Below are positions 63,875 through 64,000 of a DNA stretch of 64,000 bases, one piece after another. Both the position numbers and the translations under genes were made by a program. This stretch comes from Octopus sinensis (taxonomy: Eukaryota). Position 1 is the stretch's first letter; each line of letters opens with the position of its first letter. The stretch spans positions 107,632,001 through 107,696,000 of the forward strand of contig NC_042999.1 in the NCBI RefSeq assembly GCF_006345805.1, written 5' to 3'. Under the pieces are notes generated by a model. The model did not search any database, was not told where the DNA came from, and saw nothing but the letters and a program-made list of their open reading frames with translations.

Positions 63875-64000
63875 AGGCATACCACAGTTTTCATCTGTCA
63901 AATTTACTCTAAAACATTTACCAGCCTGTGCTATAGTAGAAAACACTTGCCCAAGTTACTGCTCAGTAATTTGAACCCAAAACCATGTGGTTGGGAAGTG
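63875..64000 (-). mobile_element. SINE family B head (cut by window edge)
   Basis: Reverse complement of the family B head. Confidence 0.7.

Overview
AT-rich, microsatellite-saturated eukaryotic DNA. The SINE/RTE repeat families look like those of a coleoid cephalopod (Octopus-like), which is an inference from recalled repeat sequences and not a database result. No host protein-coding gene can be supported with confidence, and there are no rRNA, CRISPR or prokaryotic features. Most long ORFs in the track are translations of (CA)/(TG)/(ATT) repeats or antisense frames of transposon fossils. The window is a transposon graveyard: IS630-Tc1-mariner elements (DD34D mariners, a DD37D maT-like and a DD41D rosa-like copy), a hAT remnant, a domain-complete but decayed Ty3/Gypsy element, Tx1/L1, RTE and R4/Dong-like LINE fragments, Penelope-like element (PLE) fragments, several SINE families and MITE/foldback hairpins. 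The most interesting signal is six type-I hammerhead-ribozyme-like motifs. All have a palindromic or near-palindromic stem III, and they lie in short units near (TA)n arrays, often in inverted arrangements close to PLE coding remnants. This is a candidate PLE pseudo-LTR / retrozyme-like system. Also notable: two R4/Dong-like LINEs flanked on both sides by (TAA)n, a head-to-head inverted PLE, an 84-bp-arm foldback element nested in a SINE nested in a Tc1-like transposon, and a tRNA-Thr-like cloverleaf. All alignments and folds were done by eye, so element boundaries are approximate unless TIR/TSD positions are stated.
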